Assembly: GCA_965223325.1 (NCBI GenBank)
Contig: CBDCWI010000002.1
Span: 960,001 to 1,024,000 of the forward strand
Reading direction: 5' to 3'
Length of the DNA: 64,000 nt
From: Candidatus Multivoradales bacterium
Lineage (GTDB): Bacteria > Acidobacteriota > Thermoanaerobaculia > Multivoradales > Multivoraceae
Every line of letters begins with the position of its first letter. Within the stretch, counting starts at the first letter, position 1. The translations under genes and the position numbers were made by a program. A model generated the notes under the pieces. That model was not told where the DNA came from, did not search any database, and was given only the letters and a program-made list of their open reading frames with translations. Below, piece by piece: positions 51,413-61,214 of this stretch.

Positions 51413-52111
51413 GTGAGCGATTCGAGCGATGAGAAAGCACTCCCAGTGGTCGGCGTTCTGGGTGGTACGGGGGCACTGGGTGGCGGCCTGGTCAGGCGCT
51501 GGGCGCGTAACGGCTACCGAGTGGTGGTGGGTTCGAGAACCACCGAGAAGGGTGAGGGAGCGGCAGCCGAAGTGATCGCCGAGCTCGGCGCGGAGGACAT
51601 CGCGGCCGACGTCAGAGGAACCGACAACCCGAGCGCCGCAGGAGCAGCCGACGTCGTCGTGCTCACGGTTCCGTTCGCCCATCAGAAGCCAACGCTCGAA
51701 TCGGTGCGCGCAGAACTCGCCGGCAAGATCCTGGTCGACTGCACGGTCCCCCTGGTGCCGCCCAAGGTGGCACGCGTCCAGCTACCGCCCGAAGGCAGCG
51801 CCGCAGTGGCGGCGCAGGAGTTCCTGGGCGACGAGATCCGGGTTGTATCGGCTTTTCAGAACGTGGGCGCTGAACATCTGCGTACCGAAGATGCAGTGCA
51901 TTGCGACGTGCTGGTGACCGGCAACAGTAAAGACGCGCGCGCTGAGGTCATTGAGTTGGTGCGCGGGGCGGGGCTCGACGGTTGGCATGCCGGGGCGCTG
52001 GTCAACTCGGCCGCCACCGAAGCGCTGACCTCGGTGCTCATCTTCATGAACAAGCGCTACGGTATTCATGGCGCCGGCATCCGGATCACCGGCGAACCCA
52101 CCAAGAGCTGA
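51413..52111 (+). CDS. npdG: NADPH-dependent F420 reductase
   Basis: GGTGALG, VVGSR, VPLVPPKV, VVSAFQNV, and its position in the cof cluster. Confidence 0.9.
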   Translation: MSDSSDEKALPVVGVLGGTGALGGGLVRRWARNGYRVVVGSRTTEKGEGAAAEVIAELGAEDIAADVRGTDNPSAAGAADVVVLTVPFAHQKPTLESVRAELAGKILVDCTVPLVPPKVARVQLPPEGSAAVAAQEFLGDEIRVVSAFQNVGAEHLRTEDAVHCDVLVTGNSKDARAEVIELVRGAGLDGWHAGALVNSAATEALTSVLIFMNKRYGIHGAGIRITGEPTKS

Positions 52112-52130
52112 GGAGGGGCAGAGCCTGTCG

Positions 52131-52907
52131 ATGGACCGACTCGAACTGCTGGCGGTCCCTGGCCTGCCCCTGGTCGAGGCGGGTGACGACCTGGTCACAT
52201 TGATCAGCGAAGCGCTCGCCCGTTCAGCCGCCGAAGAAACCGGCCTGGAGCTACGAAGTGGCGACATCGTCATCGCGGCGCAAAAAATCGTCTCGAAAGC
52301 GGAGGGCCGGTCGGTCGACCTCCGCTCGGTCGAGGTCTCTCCTGAAGCAGAGCTGCTGGCGCGCGAGGTCGACAAAGATCCCCGGCTGGTCGAGCTGGTG
52401 CTCTCTGAGTCCCGTCGCGTGGTGCGCAAGAAGCCCGGCGTTTTGATCGTCGAACATCGGCTGGGCCTGGTACTCGCCAACGCCGGCATCGATCGTTCGA
52501 ACATCGACGGAGCGAACGAAGAGCGGGTGCTGCTTCTTCCGATCGACCCCGACCGAAGCGCCGAGAATCTGAGAGAAGGCTTGGAGCGCGCCGTCGGAGT
52601 GCAGGTTGCGGTGATCGTCAACGATTCGCTCGGTCGGCCGTGGCGCATCGGCACGACGGGCACCGCGATCGGCGTGTCAGGGCTTCTGCCGGTGCGCGAT
52701 CTGCGCGGCGACAAGGACCTCTTCGGCCGGACGCTCGAAGTGTCGGAACAGGCCTTCGCCGACGAGCTGGCGGCGGCGGCATCGATCCTTCAAGGGCAGG
52801 CGGCGGAAGCCACTCCGGTGGTCATCGTGCGTGGCTACGGTGACTTTGGCGCATCGGCCCCGGCCACCACCATCGTGCGCGATCCCGAACAGGATCTCTT
52901 CCGGTGA
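52131..52907 (+). CDS. cofE: Coenzyme F420-0:L-glutamate ligase (single domain)
   Basis: VPGLPLV, QKIVSKAEGR, NAGIDRSN, DSLGRPWRIG, ADELAAAA. Confidence 0.95.
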   Translation: MDRLELLAVPGLPLVEAGDDLVTLISEALARSAAEETGLELRSGDIVIAAQKIVSKAEGRSVDLRSVEVSPEAELLAREVDKDPRLVELVLSESRRVVRKKPGVLIVEHRLGLVLANAGIDRSNIDGANEERVLLLPIDPDRSAENLREGLERAVGVQVAVIVNDSLGRPWRIGTTGTAIGVSGLLPVRDLRGDKDLFGRTLEVSEQAFADELAAAASILQGQAAEATPVVIVRGYGDFGASAPATTIVRDPEQDLFR

Positions 52908-53881
52908 GGCGCACGGGGGAGAGAAGCCACAGGAGTCGGGTGCTGGCACTTTCGGGTGGTGTTGGAGGCGCGAAGCTCTGTACCGGCCTGGCTGCCGTTC
53001 TACCACCCGAAGAGCTCACGATCGTCGCCAACACCGCCGACGACTTCACGCACTGGGGCCTCCACATCTCTCCCGATCTCGACAGCGTGATGTACGCCCT
53101 CGCCGGGCGCAACGACCGCGAGCGCGGCTGGGGCTTGGCCGGCGAGAGCTGGCGAGTGCTCGAGGCGATGAAAGAGCTCGGGGCCGACGACTGGTTTCAG
53201 CTCGGTGACACCGACCTGGCGACTCACCTGCGGCGCACCGAAATGTTGCGCCACGGGTCGACCCTCGGCGAGGCGACGGAGCATCTCGCTCGTTCCCTCG
53301 GCGTTGCCTGCCAGCTGGTGCCCATGAGCGACAACCCCATTCGTACCCGCATCCACACCAACGACGGCCGGCGGCTCGACTTTCAGCACTGGTTCGTACG
53401 CGAGGCTTGCGAGCCGATCGTCGAGGCCGTTTCGTTCGACGGTGCTCCGGAGGCGCTCCCCAACCCGGTCTTCGCCGAAGCGCTCGCCGCGCCCGACCTT
53501 CGGGGAGTCATCATCTGCCCATCGAATCCGCTGGTGAGTATCGACCCGATTCTCGCCATCCCCGGGGTTCTGGACGCTCTGCGCGAGTCCCGAGTTCCGG
53601 TCGTCGCCGTGTCCCCGATCATCGGTGGCGAAGCCGTCAAGGGACCGGCCGCCCGCATGCTCGAGCAGCTCGGCCAACAAGTCTCGGCCCTCGGCATCGC
53701 CCGCCACTACCGGCGCCGCCAGCTTCTGGATGTATTGCTGATCGACGAGGTCGACCGTGACCTGGCTGCAGCCATCGAAGCGGCGGGCGCCCGGCCGGTG
53801 GTCTGCAACACGCTGATGAGAAGTGAGGCCGACCGCCGAGAGCTCGCGCGCCGGGTTTTGGCGGCCCTCGAGACGGGCTGA
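52904..53881 (+). CDS. cofD: 2-phospho-L-lactate transferase (CofD/FbiA)
   Basis: LSGGVGGAK, NTADD, ISPDLD, FQLGDTD, PSNPLVSIDPIL, KGPA. Confidence 0.95.
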   Translation: MRRTGERSHRSRVLALSGGVGGAKLCTGLAAVLPPEELTIVANTADDFTHWGLHISPDLDSVMYALAGRNDRERGWGLAGESWRVLEAMKELGADDWFQLGDTDLATHLRRTEMLRHGSTLGEATEHLARSLGVACQLVPMSDNPIRTRIHTNDGRRLDFQHWFVREACEPIVEAVSFDGAPEALPNPVFAEALAAPDLRGVIICPSNPLVSIDPILAIPGVLDALRESRVPVVAVSPIIGGEAVKGPAARMLEQLGQQVSALGIARHYRRRQLLDVLLIDEVDRDLAAAIEAAGARPVVCNTLMRSEADRRELARRVLAALETG

Positions 53882-53940
53882 GCCGGCGCGCTCGGACGCC
53901 GCCTCACTGAAAGAGTCCCTCGACCCCAGAATGCCTCTGG

Positions 53941-54039
53941 TAGAATCTCGCTTCCTCCCCGTCTGTAGGGAACACCGGTTCCACCCCGTTCGAAGGGCAG
54001 CTCACCGTCACGCGTCCAGACGGCCGCGAGGAGTTTCGT
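53941..54039 (+). promoter_or_regulatory. Internal promoter and structured 5' leader of cofC
   Basis: TGgTAGAAT. CCGTCTG/CAGACGG stem enclosing two short hairpins. TCCTC is complementary to the SD GAGGAG. Confidence 0.45.
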
Positions 54040-54873
54040 TTGTCGCCTGCCCAATCTTCCAGGCCCTCCCTTGCCGATCAACACTGCCTGGTGGTTCCTG
54101 CCAAGGCTCTCCGCCAGGCCAAGAGCAGGCTCGACCACCTGGCCCTCCATGAACGGCAGCGACTGGTGCGCGCCATGCTGCTCGACGTGCTCGCGGCTGC
54201 ACAAAAAGCGCGCCGCGTCGACCGAGTGTTCGTCCTCACCGACGACCGTCACCTCGCCCGCGATCTCCCCGAAGGCTCGGCCGAGGTTCTACTCGAGAGT
54301 CGCCTGTTCGAGCGGGTGGACATCAAAGAACCGGCCGTCGCCCCAGGAGGAACCGAAGCTTCGGAGGCCAACCTGAACCGCGCCCTTCTCGCCTTCAACC
54401 ACTGGCTGAGCCGCAACGGCGCGCGCAGCGTGATGATTCTTCCCGGCGACCTGCCGCTGGTGACCGCCCGCAACATCGACCGTTGTCACCAACAGCTGGA
54501 CGAAGCCGGCGCTGGCCCAGCGGTCGTGCTCACACCCGATGCGGCCGGTTCGGGCACCAACGCCCTCATCCTGCAGCCACCCTCGGTCATCGAGCCAGCC
54601 TACGGCACAGACAGCGCCCAAAAACACCGTAAGCGGGCGAAGGAGCGCGGCGTCCATCTGAGCGTTTGGGAAGATCCCCACCTCGCGTGGGACGTCGATA
54701 CGGCGCCCCAGCTGAACCGACTGCTAGAACAGGGCGAACGAGGTCAGGTGTCGGCAGGTCGACACACCGCCACCGCTTTAGAGCTGCTCGGTGACCGCCA
54801 GGACCAGGCTTCGCATTCGGGTTCTCTTCTGCGCAGTGCCATTGCACAGGCGGCAGGTGGAACGCAGTCATGA
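54040..54873 (+). CDS. cofC: Phospholactate/PEP guanylyltransferase (CofC/FbiD)
   Basis: VVPAK...AKSRL, AMLLDVL, PGDLPL, GTNAL, YGTDS, DVDT. Confidence 0.9.
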   Translation: MSPAQSSRPSLADQHCLVVPAKALRQAKSRLDHLALHERQRLVRAMLLDVLAAAQKARRVDRVFVLTDDRHLARDLPEGSAEVLLESRLFERVDIKEPAVAPGGTEASEANLNRALLAFNHWLSRNGARSVMILPGDLPLVTARNIDRCHQQLDEAGAGPAVVLTPDAAGSGTNALILQPPSVIEPAYGTDSAQKHRKRAKERGVHLSVWEDPHLAWDVDTAPQLNRLLEQGERGQVSAGRHTATALELLGDRQDQASHSGSLLRSAIAQAAGGTQS

Positions 54874-57437
54874 GCATGATCAGCGAGCAGCTGCACGAGT
54901 TGTTGAGGGCGCTCGAAGAAAGCGCACCTCTTGAAACCTCAGCCGGCGGTTCGGCCTCGCTATCGGAGGACCAGTCGCTGGCGCTCTCAGAAGTCACCGA
55001 TACAGAGGCGCTCTGTCGAACGGCGCGCACCCTCCGTGACCGTGCTCACGGCGACCTGATCAGCTACTCCCGGAAGGTCTTTCTGCCGCTCACCCATCTC
55101 TGTCGCGACATCTGCCACTACTGCATCTTCGCCCAGCCGCCCAAACCAGGCGAGGCGGCCTACATGTCACCGGAGGACGTGCTTTCCGCAGCTCGCGACG
55201 CGGCAGCGGCAGGTTGTAAGGAAGCTCTCTTTACCCTCGGTGATCAACCCGAACTACGCTGGAGCGCGGCGCGCGAGGGCTTGAGAGAGCTCGGGCACAC
55301 CACGACCCTCGAGTATCTGGCCGAAATGGCGGCCAGGGTTCACGCCGAAACCGGGCTCTTGCCTCACTTGAACCCAGGCCTGTTATCGGCCGCGGACTTC
55401 GCTGCTCTCCGCCCTACCGGCCCGTCGATGGGCATCATGCTCGAAAGTGTCTCGAGTCGACTGATGGAGAAAGGCGAGGCGCACTACGGCTGCCCGGACA
55501 AAGACCCCGAGCGTCGTCTCGCAACCTTAGAAGCGGCCGGCGAGGCGGCCGTGCCCTTCACCTCGGGCATTCTGATCGGCATCGGAGAAACCCGTCGTGA
55601 GCGCATCGAGGCGCTGCTCGCCCTGCGCGCGTTGCACAACCGCTACGGGCACATCCAGGAAGTCATCGTGCAGAACTTCCGTGCCAAACCGGAAACGCGG
55701 ATGGCGAACCATCCCGAGCCATCGCTCGATGACCTTCTGTGGACGATCGCCGTCGCCCGGCTCGTTCTCGGCGCGGAAATGAACATCCAGGCCCCTCCCA
55801 ACTTGAGCCCCGGAGCTCTGGGTCGACTGGTCGATGCGGGTCTCAACGACTGGGGAGGTGTCTCGCCGGTCACTCCCGACTTCGTCAACCCCGAAGCACC
55901 CTGGCCGCACCTCGACCGGCTCGCCGAGGAGACGAGGCGCGCCGGCAAGATTCTGGTGGAGCGTTTGACGATCTACCCGCGCTACGTGCAGAACCTCGAG
56001 CGTTGGGTCGACAAGGGGCTGCACACCACAGTTCTTCGTGCCTCCGATGCCCAGGGCTTCGCCCGCGACAGCCGCTGGAGCCCTGGTGAGGGTCACTTGC
56101 CGCCGCCTGAGCTGGTTTCTTCCGCCACTCACATGAGCGAAGCGCCGGCCCTCGTCTCCTCGAGCGGTCGCGCCCTTGCCAAGGCCATTGATGCGGCAGG
56201 GAGCGGCCGTGAACTCAGCGAGCAGGCCGTCGTACGCCTGCTCACGGCGCGCGGGGACCATTTCGCAGCCACCGTCCAGGCGGCCGACCGCCTGCGCCGG
56301 GCGACCGTCGGCGACACGGTGCGCTACGTCGTCAACCGCAACATCAACTACACCAACGTCTGCTACTTCAAGTGTCGCTTTTGCGCGTTCTCTAAAGGCA
56401 AGCAGTCGCTCAACCTGCGCGGCAAGCCCTACGACCTCGGCCTCGACGAAATCGCCCGTCGCTGCGAGGAAGCCTGGTCGCGTGGCGCGACCGAAGTCTG
56501 CATGCAGGGCGGCATCCACCCGCAGTACACCGGTAAGACCTATCTCGATACTTGCCGGGCGGTCAAAGGGGTGACGCCGGACATGCACATTCACGCCTTC
56601 TCTCCGCTCGAGGTCTGGCAAGGTGCGGCGACTCTGGGAGTCTCGCTCGCAGACTTCCTGGCGCAGCTGCGCGAGGCTGGGCTCGGAACGCTCCCCGGAA
56701 CCGCGGCCGAGATTCTCGACGATGAGGTCCGCCGGGTGCTCTGTGCCGACAAGATCCGGAGCGAACAGTGGCTAGAGGTCATGCGCACCGCACACGGGCT
56801 GGGCATTCGCACGACCGCGACGATCATGTACGGCCACATCGAGCGGCCCGAACACCAAGCAAGGCACATCCTGCGCATTCGCCGGTTGCAGGATGAAACG
56901 GGCGGCTTCACCGAGTTCGTCCCGCTGCCGTTCGTTGCGATGGAAGCGCCGATTTACCTCGAAGGCCGGGCACGGCGCGGCCCGACGTTTCGAGAGGCGG
57001 TTGCGCTTCACGCCGCGGCACGCCTCGCCCTCCACCCGGTGATCGAGAACATTCAGGCGTCGTGGGTCAAGATGGGCCCCGCAGGCGTCGCCGCCTGTCT
57101 CGACGCCGGTGCCAATGATCTCGGCGGTACGCTGATGAACGAGAGCATCACCCGAGCCGCCGGCGCCGAGTTCGGCGAAGAGCTGCCACCCGAAGACATG
57201 GACCGGCTGATCACCAGCCTCGGTCGGCAAGCTGAGCAGCGCACCACCCTCTACGATAGTCCCTCCAGGGAACAACAAAACGCGTCTTACGGCGCGCGGA
57301 CCCTCACGCCGCTCGTGCTGCCGACTCCGCGCCGGCGCGAGAGCGACGAGCCATCCGGCCAGCGCGCCGGACATCACCTGATCAGACCGGGAATCGACGG
57401 CGCAGGAGAGAGCACGGACGGCGCCGTGGACGGCTAG
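54870..57437 (+). CDS. fbiC: Bifunctional FO synthase (CofG-CofH fusion)
   Basis: Two radical SAM motifs CRDICHYC and CYFKCRFC; also NDWGGVSPVT and NDLGGTLMNESITRAAGA. Confidence 0.95.
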   Translation: MSMISEQLHELLRALEESAPLETSAGGSASLSEDQSLALSEVTDTEALCRTARTLRDRAHGDLISYSRKVFLPLTHLCRDICHYCIFAQPPKPGEAAYMSPEDVLSAARDAAAAGCKEALFTLGDQPELRWSAAREGLRELGHTTTLEYLAEMAARVHAETGLLPHLNPGLLSAADFAALRPTGPSMGIMLESVSSRLMEKGEAHYGCPDKDPERRLATLEAAGEAAVPFTSGILIGIGETRRERIEALLALRALHNRYGHIQEVIVQNFRAKPETRMANHPEPSLDDLLWTIAVARLVLGAEMNIQAPPNLSPGALGRLVDAGLNDWGGVSPVTPDFVNPEAPWPHLDRLAEETRRAGKILVERLTIYPRYVQNLERWVDKGLHTTVLRASDAQGFARDSRWSPGEGHLPPPELVSSATHMSEAPALVSSSGRALAKAIDAAGSGRELSEQAVVRLLTARGDHFAATVQAADRLRRATVGDTVRYVVNRNINYTNVCYFKCRFCAFSKGKQSLNLRGKPYDLGLDEIARRCEEAWSRGATEVCMQGGIHPQYTGKTYLDTCRAVKGVTPDMHIHAFSPLEVWQGAATLGVSLADFLAQLREAGLGTLPGTAAEILDDEVRRVLCADKIRSEQWLEVMRTAHGLGIRTTATIMYGHIERPEHQARHILRIRRLQDETGGFTEFVPLPFVAMEAPIYLEGRARRGPTFREAVALHAAARLALHPVIENIQASWVKMGPAGVAACLDAGANDLGGTLMNESITRAAGAEFGEELPPEDMDRLITSLGRQAEQRTTLYDSPSREQQNASYGARTLTPLVLPTPRRRESDEPSGQRAGHHLIRPGIDGAGESTDGAVDG

Positions 57438-57444
57438 AGACCAC

Positions 57445-58224
57445 CTACGACCCGCGAATGTCAGAGGGCAGCGGTGCTCGCGCTCCGAGAATGTCGCCGG
57501 AGATCTTGAGCAACTGCTCGAGCGAGTACGGGCAACGCACATCGGCCCCGGTGTGCGCGTCCCACTCCTCGGCCGCTCCGACGCGCATGCCAGCAGTGAT
57601 CGCGTCGGCCTCAGCCTGCGCCGCACGAAACCCTCTCGCGGTGGTGGCGAGAGTCGTAGCGAGCACTCCACGGCGAAGGAGGGTGCGCACCGAGTAGTTG
57701 ACGTAGCTCGCGCCGTCCGCATCTTCAACCACATAGGCCCAGCTCATCCGATGCTTCTCCGGATCGTGACGTGGGATGGCCGCCCAGCGCGTCACCGTCA
57801 GTGGACTGCGCGAGATCCGACGACGGTAGCGGTTGCTTCCACCCGTCGCCTCGCGGATGCCCTGCAGAAACGCATCGCTGTCGATGACCGTCTGTTGGGT
57901 GTCGAAGACCAGCCCCACGGCATCGAACTCGAAGGTCAGAACCCACGGCCCGTCCTCCGTGTGGCCCGTCACAATGCCGACCTCGAGACCACTCGGCGGG
58001 TTGCCCGCCGACTCGAGGAGGAGCTCGGCCGTTTCGCGATCGGCGAACAGCTGTTCGGGGCCCAGCGAAAAAACGGTGTTGGTTCCGCGCAGGGCGACTT
58101 CACACGGCCCCGTCAACCAGCTGTCGGAGTCGGTCTCCTGCAGCAGGGTCGAGGGACCGAGGGCCGGCATCAAAAGCCAGCGTGAGACCAGGCGTGAGAT
58201 CCGCGAGGCACTGAGAGCAATCAT
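57445..58224 (-). CDS. DUF2167-like protein; start uncertain
   Basis: DSDAFLQGIREAT..SN..RR, WA..P..D...HRMSWA, VNYSVRTL.R.GV. Confidence 0.6.
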   Translation of the reverse strand: MIALSASRISRLVSRWLLMPALGPSTLLQETDSDSWLTGPCEVALRGTNTVFSLGPEQLFADRETAELLLESAGNPPSGLEVGIVTGHTEDGPWVLTFEFDAVGLVFDTQQTVIDSDAFLQGIREATGGSNRYRRRISRSPLTVTRWAAIPRHDPEKHRMSWAYVVEDADGASYVNYSVRTLLRRGVLATTLATTARGFRAAQAEADAITAGMRVGAAEEWDAHTGADVRCPYSLEQLLKISGDILGARAPLPSDIRGS

Positions 58225-58387
58225 GATGGGCGATCGAAAAGGTAAGAGAAAAAGGCAGTCTCTCAAGAGAAAGACTAGTTATACATATTATAGCATGATG
58301 TGCATACAATCGAAAGCCAACCGTTGATCACTCCCTGGCCGAAGCCGTAAACAGGGCGCAAGAAAGTGTCTGACACCTTCACGCTCG

Positions 58388-59755
58388 CTATGGTTTGGCA
58401 GCGGCCGCCTCCGCTTGTCGAAGCACGCGCAGGAAGTTGCCGCTCCAGATTTTCGCGATCTCTTCTTGCGAGTACCCGCGCCTCACCAACCCCAGCGTCA
58501 TGTTGAAGGCATCGCTGGCGTTGCCGAGGTCCAGGATTCCACCCCCATGGTTGAAGTCGTTGCCCAGGCCGACGTGATCGACCCCGATGCGCTCGACGAC
58601 GTAGTCGATGTGGTCGATCATGCGATCGACCGTAGCGGGTCCCAACAGGTCGCGCATTGCGGTCAGGAACGCTCCCTGCGCCTCCGGATCCTCGATCTCC
58701 CAGTAGAGCTCATAGGGGTAGGTGTAGCGCTCGTCGATCCCTGCCTTGCGTCTCAACCCGCGAATGTCCTCGATCAGCTGCTCGTCTGCCAAGTCGAGCA
58801 GGTACGCGGTGAAGGCCGCGATATGAACGACACCGCCCCGGTTTCCAATGCGATCGATTTCGGCGTCGGAAAGATTGCGCGCCACCTGGGAGAGGGCCTT
58901 CACATTGGAATGGCTGGCAATCACCGGCGTCGTGGAGAGGTTCGTCGCTTGCAGCGTCGCCTGGACTGAAAGCTGTGACACGTCGACGATGCCGCCGAGC
59001 TCGTTGATGCGCTCGACTGCTGCCCTTCCGAGCTTCGACAGACCGCCGTGTTCCTCCGCTGGCTCGTAGCTTCCGGAATCCCCGTCGTAGACGGGGCGCG
59101 ACGAATCGGCAAAGTCGTTGTGCCCAATGTGGGTCAGTGCGAAGACCCGAACCCCGGCGGCGTAGAGCTCATCGATCGTCGCGATCTTGCCCTCGAAGAT
59201 CCGCGCGTTCTGAAGGCCCAGCATGTAAGCCAATTGTCCCTTCTCGTGGGCCCCCTCGAGCTCGCTGGCGGTGCGCGCGAGCACCAGGTTGTCGTGGGCC
59301 CCGACGACCTCCAGCACTCCTCTGAGCTCGGCGTCTGCGGTAGCGCGTGCCTCGGCATCCCCCGCGGCACTGCGAGGGCCAGAGCCGACCGCGAGCGCCA
59401 TCACCACCGCGTCGACTCCCCCGGCAGCCATCTTTTCGGGCGTGACCTTGGAGGAGCCGTCCTCATCGCCATAACGGGAGGTGGTGCCCGGAGGCACGAT
59501 GTCGGCGTGAGCGTCGAGCACCAGGACGCGATCATGAATCGACCGAGCGCGAGCCACCGGGTCGCTTTCGCCCGCCGCACCAGGCGCTGGCACCTCGTCG
59601 TACTCTGGCGACGGCGAGCAGCCGACGACCGTCAGCACGAGCGTCGCCGTCACGCCGGCAAGCAGCACCCTGCGAGACTTCTGGTTCCCGCCATTGCCAG
59701 GGCGCACAGCGAGCCCTTGTGGAACCGCCGAACTCGTTGGTCGGAAGGGTCTCAT
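58388..59755 (-). CDS. Membrane dipeptidase (peptidase M19), probable lipoprotein
   Basis: DAHAD, VDVSQLS, ASHSN, RNLSD, HVGLGNDFNHGGG, KIWSGNFLRV, lipobox VVGC. Confidence 0.9.
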   Translation of the reverse strand: MRPFRPTSSAVPQGLAVRPGNGGNQKSRRVLLAGVTATLVLTVVGCSPSPEYDEVPAPGAAGESDPVARARSIHDRVLVLDAHADIVPPGTTSRYGDEDGSSKVTPEKMAAGGVDAVVMALAVGSGPRSAAGDAEARATADAELRGVLEVVGAHDNLVLARTASELEGAHEKGQLAYMLGLQNARIFEGKIATIDELYAAGVRVFALTHIGHNDFADSSRPVYDGDSGSYEPAEEHGGLSKLGRAAVERINELGGIVDVSQLSVQATLQATNLSTTPVIASHSNVKALSQVARNLSDAEIDRIGNRGGVVHIAAFTAYLLDLADEQLIEDIRGLRRKAGIDERYTYPYELYWEIEDPEAQGAFLTAMRDLLGPATVDRMIDHIDYVVERIGVDHVGLGNDFNHGGGILDLGNASDAFNMTLGLVRRGYSQEEIAKIWSGNFLRVLRQAEAAAAKP

Positions 59756-59848
59756 GACGCGGTCTCCTCCGGTGATTGCTGGCCGAAGCCCAGTCTGCCA
59801 CGGGTGTTCTGAGGGCCTGGGTGGTCGAGCTGATTCTCTACCCACTCG

Positions 59849-61171
59849 CTAGGCCGGATGGTCGTGCAGCGACCGCACGACCTTCCCGGTCCGGCCCTGG
59901 AGACGCGCAAGCCATAGGAAGAGGCGCAGGCGTAAGCGGACACTCAGGCTGACCTCGTCCTCACCCGCAAGAACCGCGGTGAGAGCCGGGATGAGCCCGA
60001 ACATGTTCGAAGGCTGGACGAAGAGATCGCGAAAGCCGGGGTCGTAGAAGCCGGCGACAAAAGGCAGGAACCAATCGACACGCCGCGCCGATACGCGCTC
60101 AAAGCTCTCTGCTTCCTTTGCCCACAGGCTACCGGCCAGGACGCGCCCGATTGCTTCTCCGGCCTCGGCCCCAGACACCAGGGCGAGAGTGACACCAGTC
60201 GAGAAGACGGGATCGAGAAACGAGCCACCGTCACCGGCGACTATCCAGCGCTCGCCCGCGTAGGACCGGGTACGGTAGGTGAAGTCTGCATCTCGGCGGA
60301 CCTTCGTGATCAACTCGGCACCGCCCAGCTGGACCGCTGCCGCCGGAACCTCGTCGATTGCACCGCGTAGCAACGCCTCGGAGTCACCGGAGCGTTGGGC
60401 CAGCTCGCGGCGCGGCAGGACGACCCCGACACTGACTTCGGGACCGCCGCTCCCAACCTCAGACGAGAGGGCCAGGGGGATCAACCACAGCCAACCGAGG
60501 TCGCGCCGGGAGATCACCTGGATGTTGCCGGGTGGCACGTCCGTCGGCCAGGCAACGTCGGCGAAGCGTGTGTGCACCGCGACGTTCTCGAAACCGGGAA
60601 TCGGCTCTCGTAGGTCGAGGCTCTTGGCCAGGAATCCCGACTGACCAGTGGCGTCGACCAGGTAGCGGGCTCTGACGGTCGTGCTGGTAGCACCCCCGCC
60701 GCTGCCAGCGTCGCCACTTGCACCGTGAGGGCGGAGGGTGATCTCGACACCCTCTTCCGCGGTCACGAAATCGGTCGCCCGAACACCTGCAATGAAGCGC
60801 GCTCCGAGGGCGCGTGCGCGCTCGAGCAGCAACACGTCGAAGCGCTCACGTGACACCTGCCACGCCTGGCCACCCGCCAGCGTCGTGCCCTCGGAGAACA
60901 CGATGTGACCACCGGTGGTTCCATCTTCGTAGGTGAAGGTGGCCCCGACCTTGGAGACGAAGCCGGCGTCACGCACGGCCTCGCCGACACCAAGGCTCTC
61001 GAGCATCGCCGTAGCCCGCGGCAGGAGGCTCTCGCCAATCCGAAAGCGCGGAAAGTGCTCGCGGTCGACCATGACGGTGTCGGCTCCGGCCTCGCGAAGC
61101 CGAATGGCAGCCGCGCTTCCTGCGGGACCCGCACCAACCACTGCGACGTCGCAGTTGATCAGCTCAGTCAC
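59849..61171 (-). CDS. FAD-dependent oxidoreductase, flavin-dependent halogenase family
   Basis: GAGPAG, FPRFRIGESLLP, GWLWLIPL (WxWxIP), GDGGSFLDPVFSTGV. Confidence 0.85.
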   Translation of the reverse strand: MTELINCDVAVVGAGPAGSAAAIRLREAGADTVMVDREHFPRFRIGESLLPRATAMLESLGVGEAVRDAGFVSKVGATFTYEDGTTGGHIVFSEGTTLAGGQAWQVSRERFDVLLLERARALGARFIAGVRATDFVTAEEGVEITLRPHGASGDAGSGGGATSTTVRARYLVDATGQSGFLAKSLDLREPIPGFENVAVHTRFADVAWPTDVPPGNIQVISRRDLGWLWLIPLALSSEVGSGGPEVSVGVVLPRRELAQRSGDSEALLRGAIDEVPAAAVQLGGAELITKVRRDADFTYRTRSYAGERWIVAGDGGSFLDPVFSTGVTLALVSGAEAGEAIGRVLAGSLWAKEAESFERVSARRVDWFLPFVAGFYDPGFRDLFVQPSNMFGLIPALTAVLAGEDEVSLSVRLRLRLFLWLARLQGRTGKVVRSLHDHPA

Positions 61172-61214
61172 GCCGCATCTTCACCGTTCATGCCCTAGGA
61201 GCCCCAGGGTGCTC

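Noticed and set aside
58364-58379. GTGTCTGACAC palindrome resembling a REP unit
   Set aside because: Single copy in the window and no RAYT gene.
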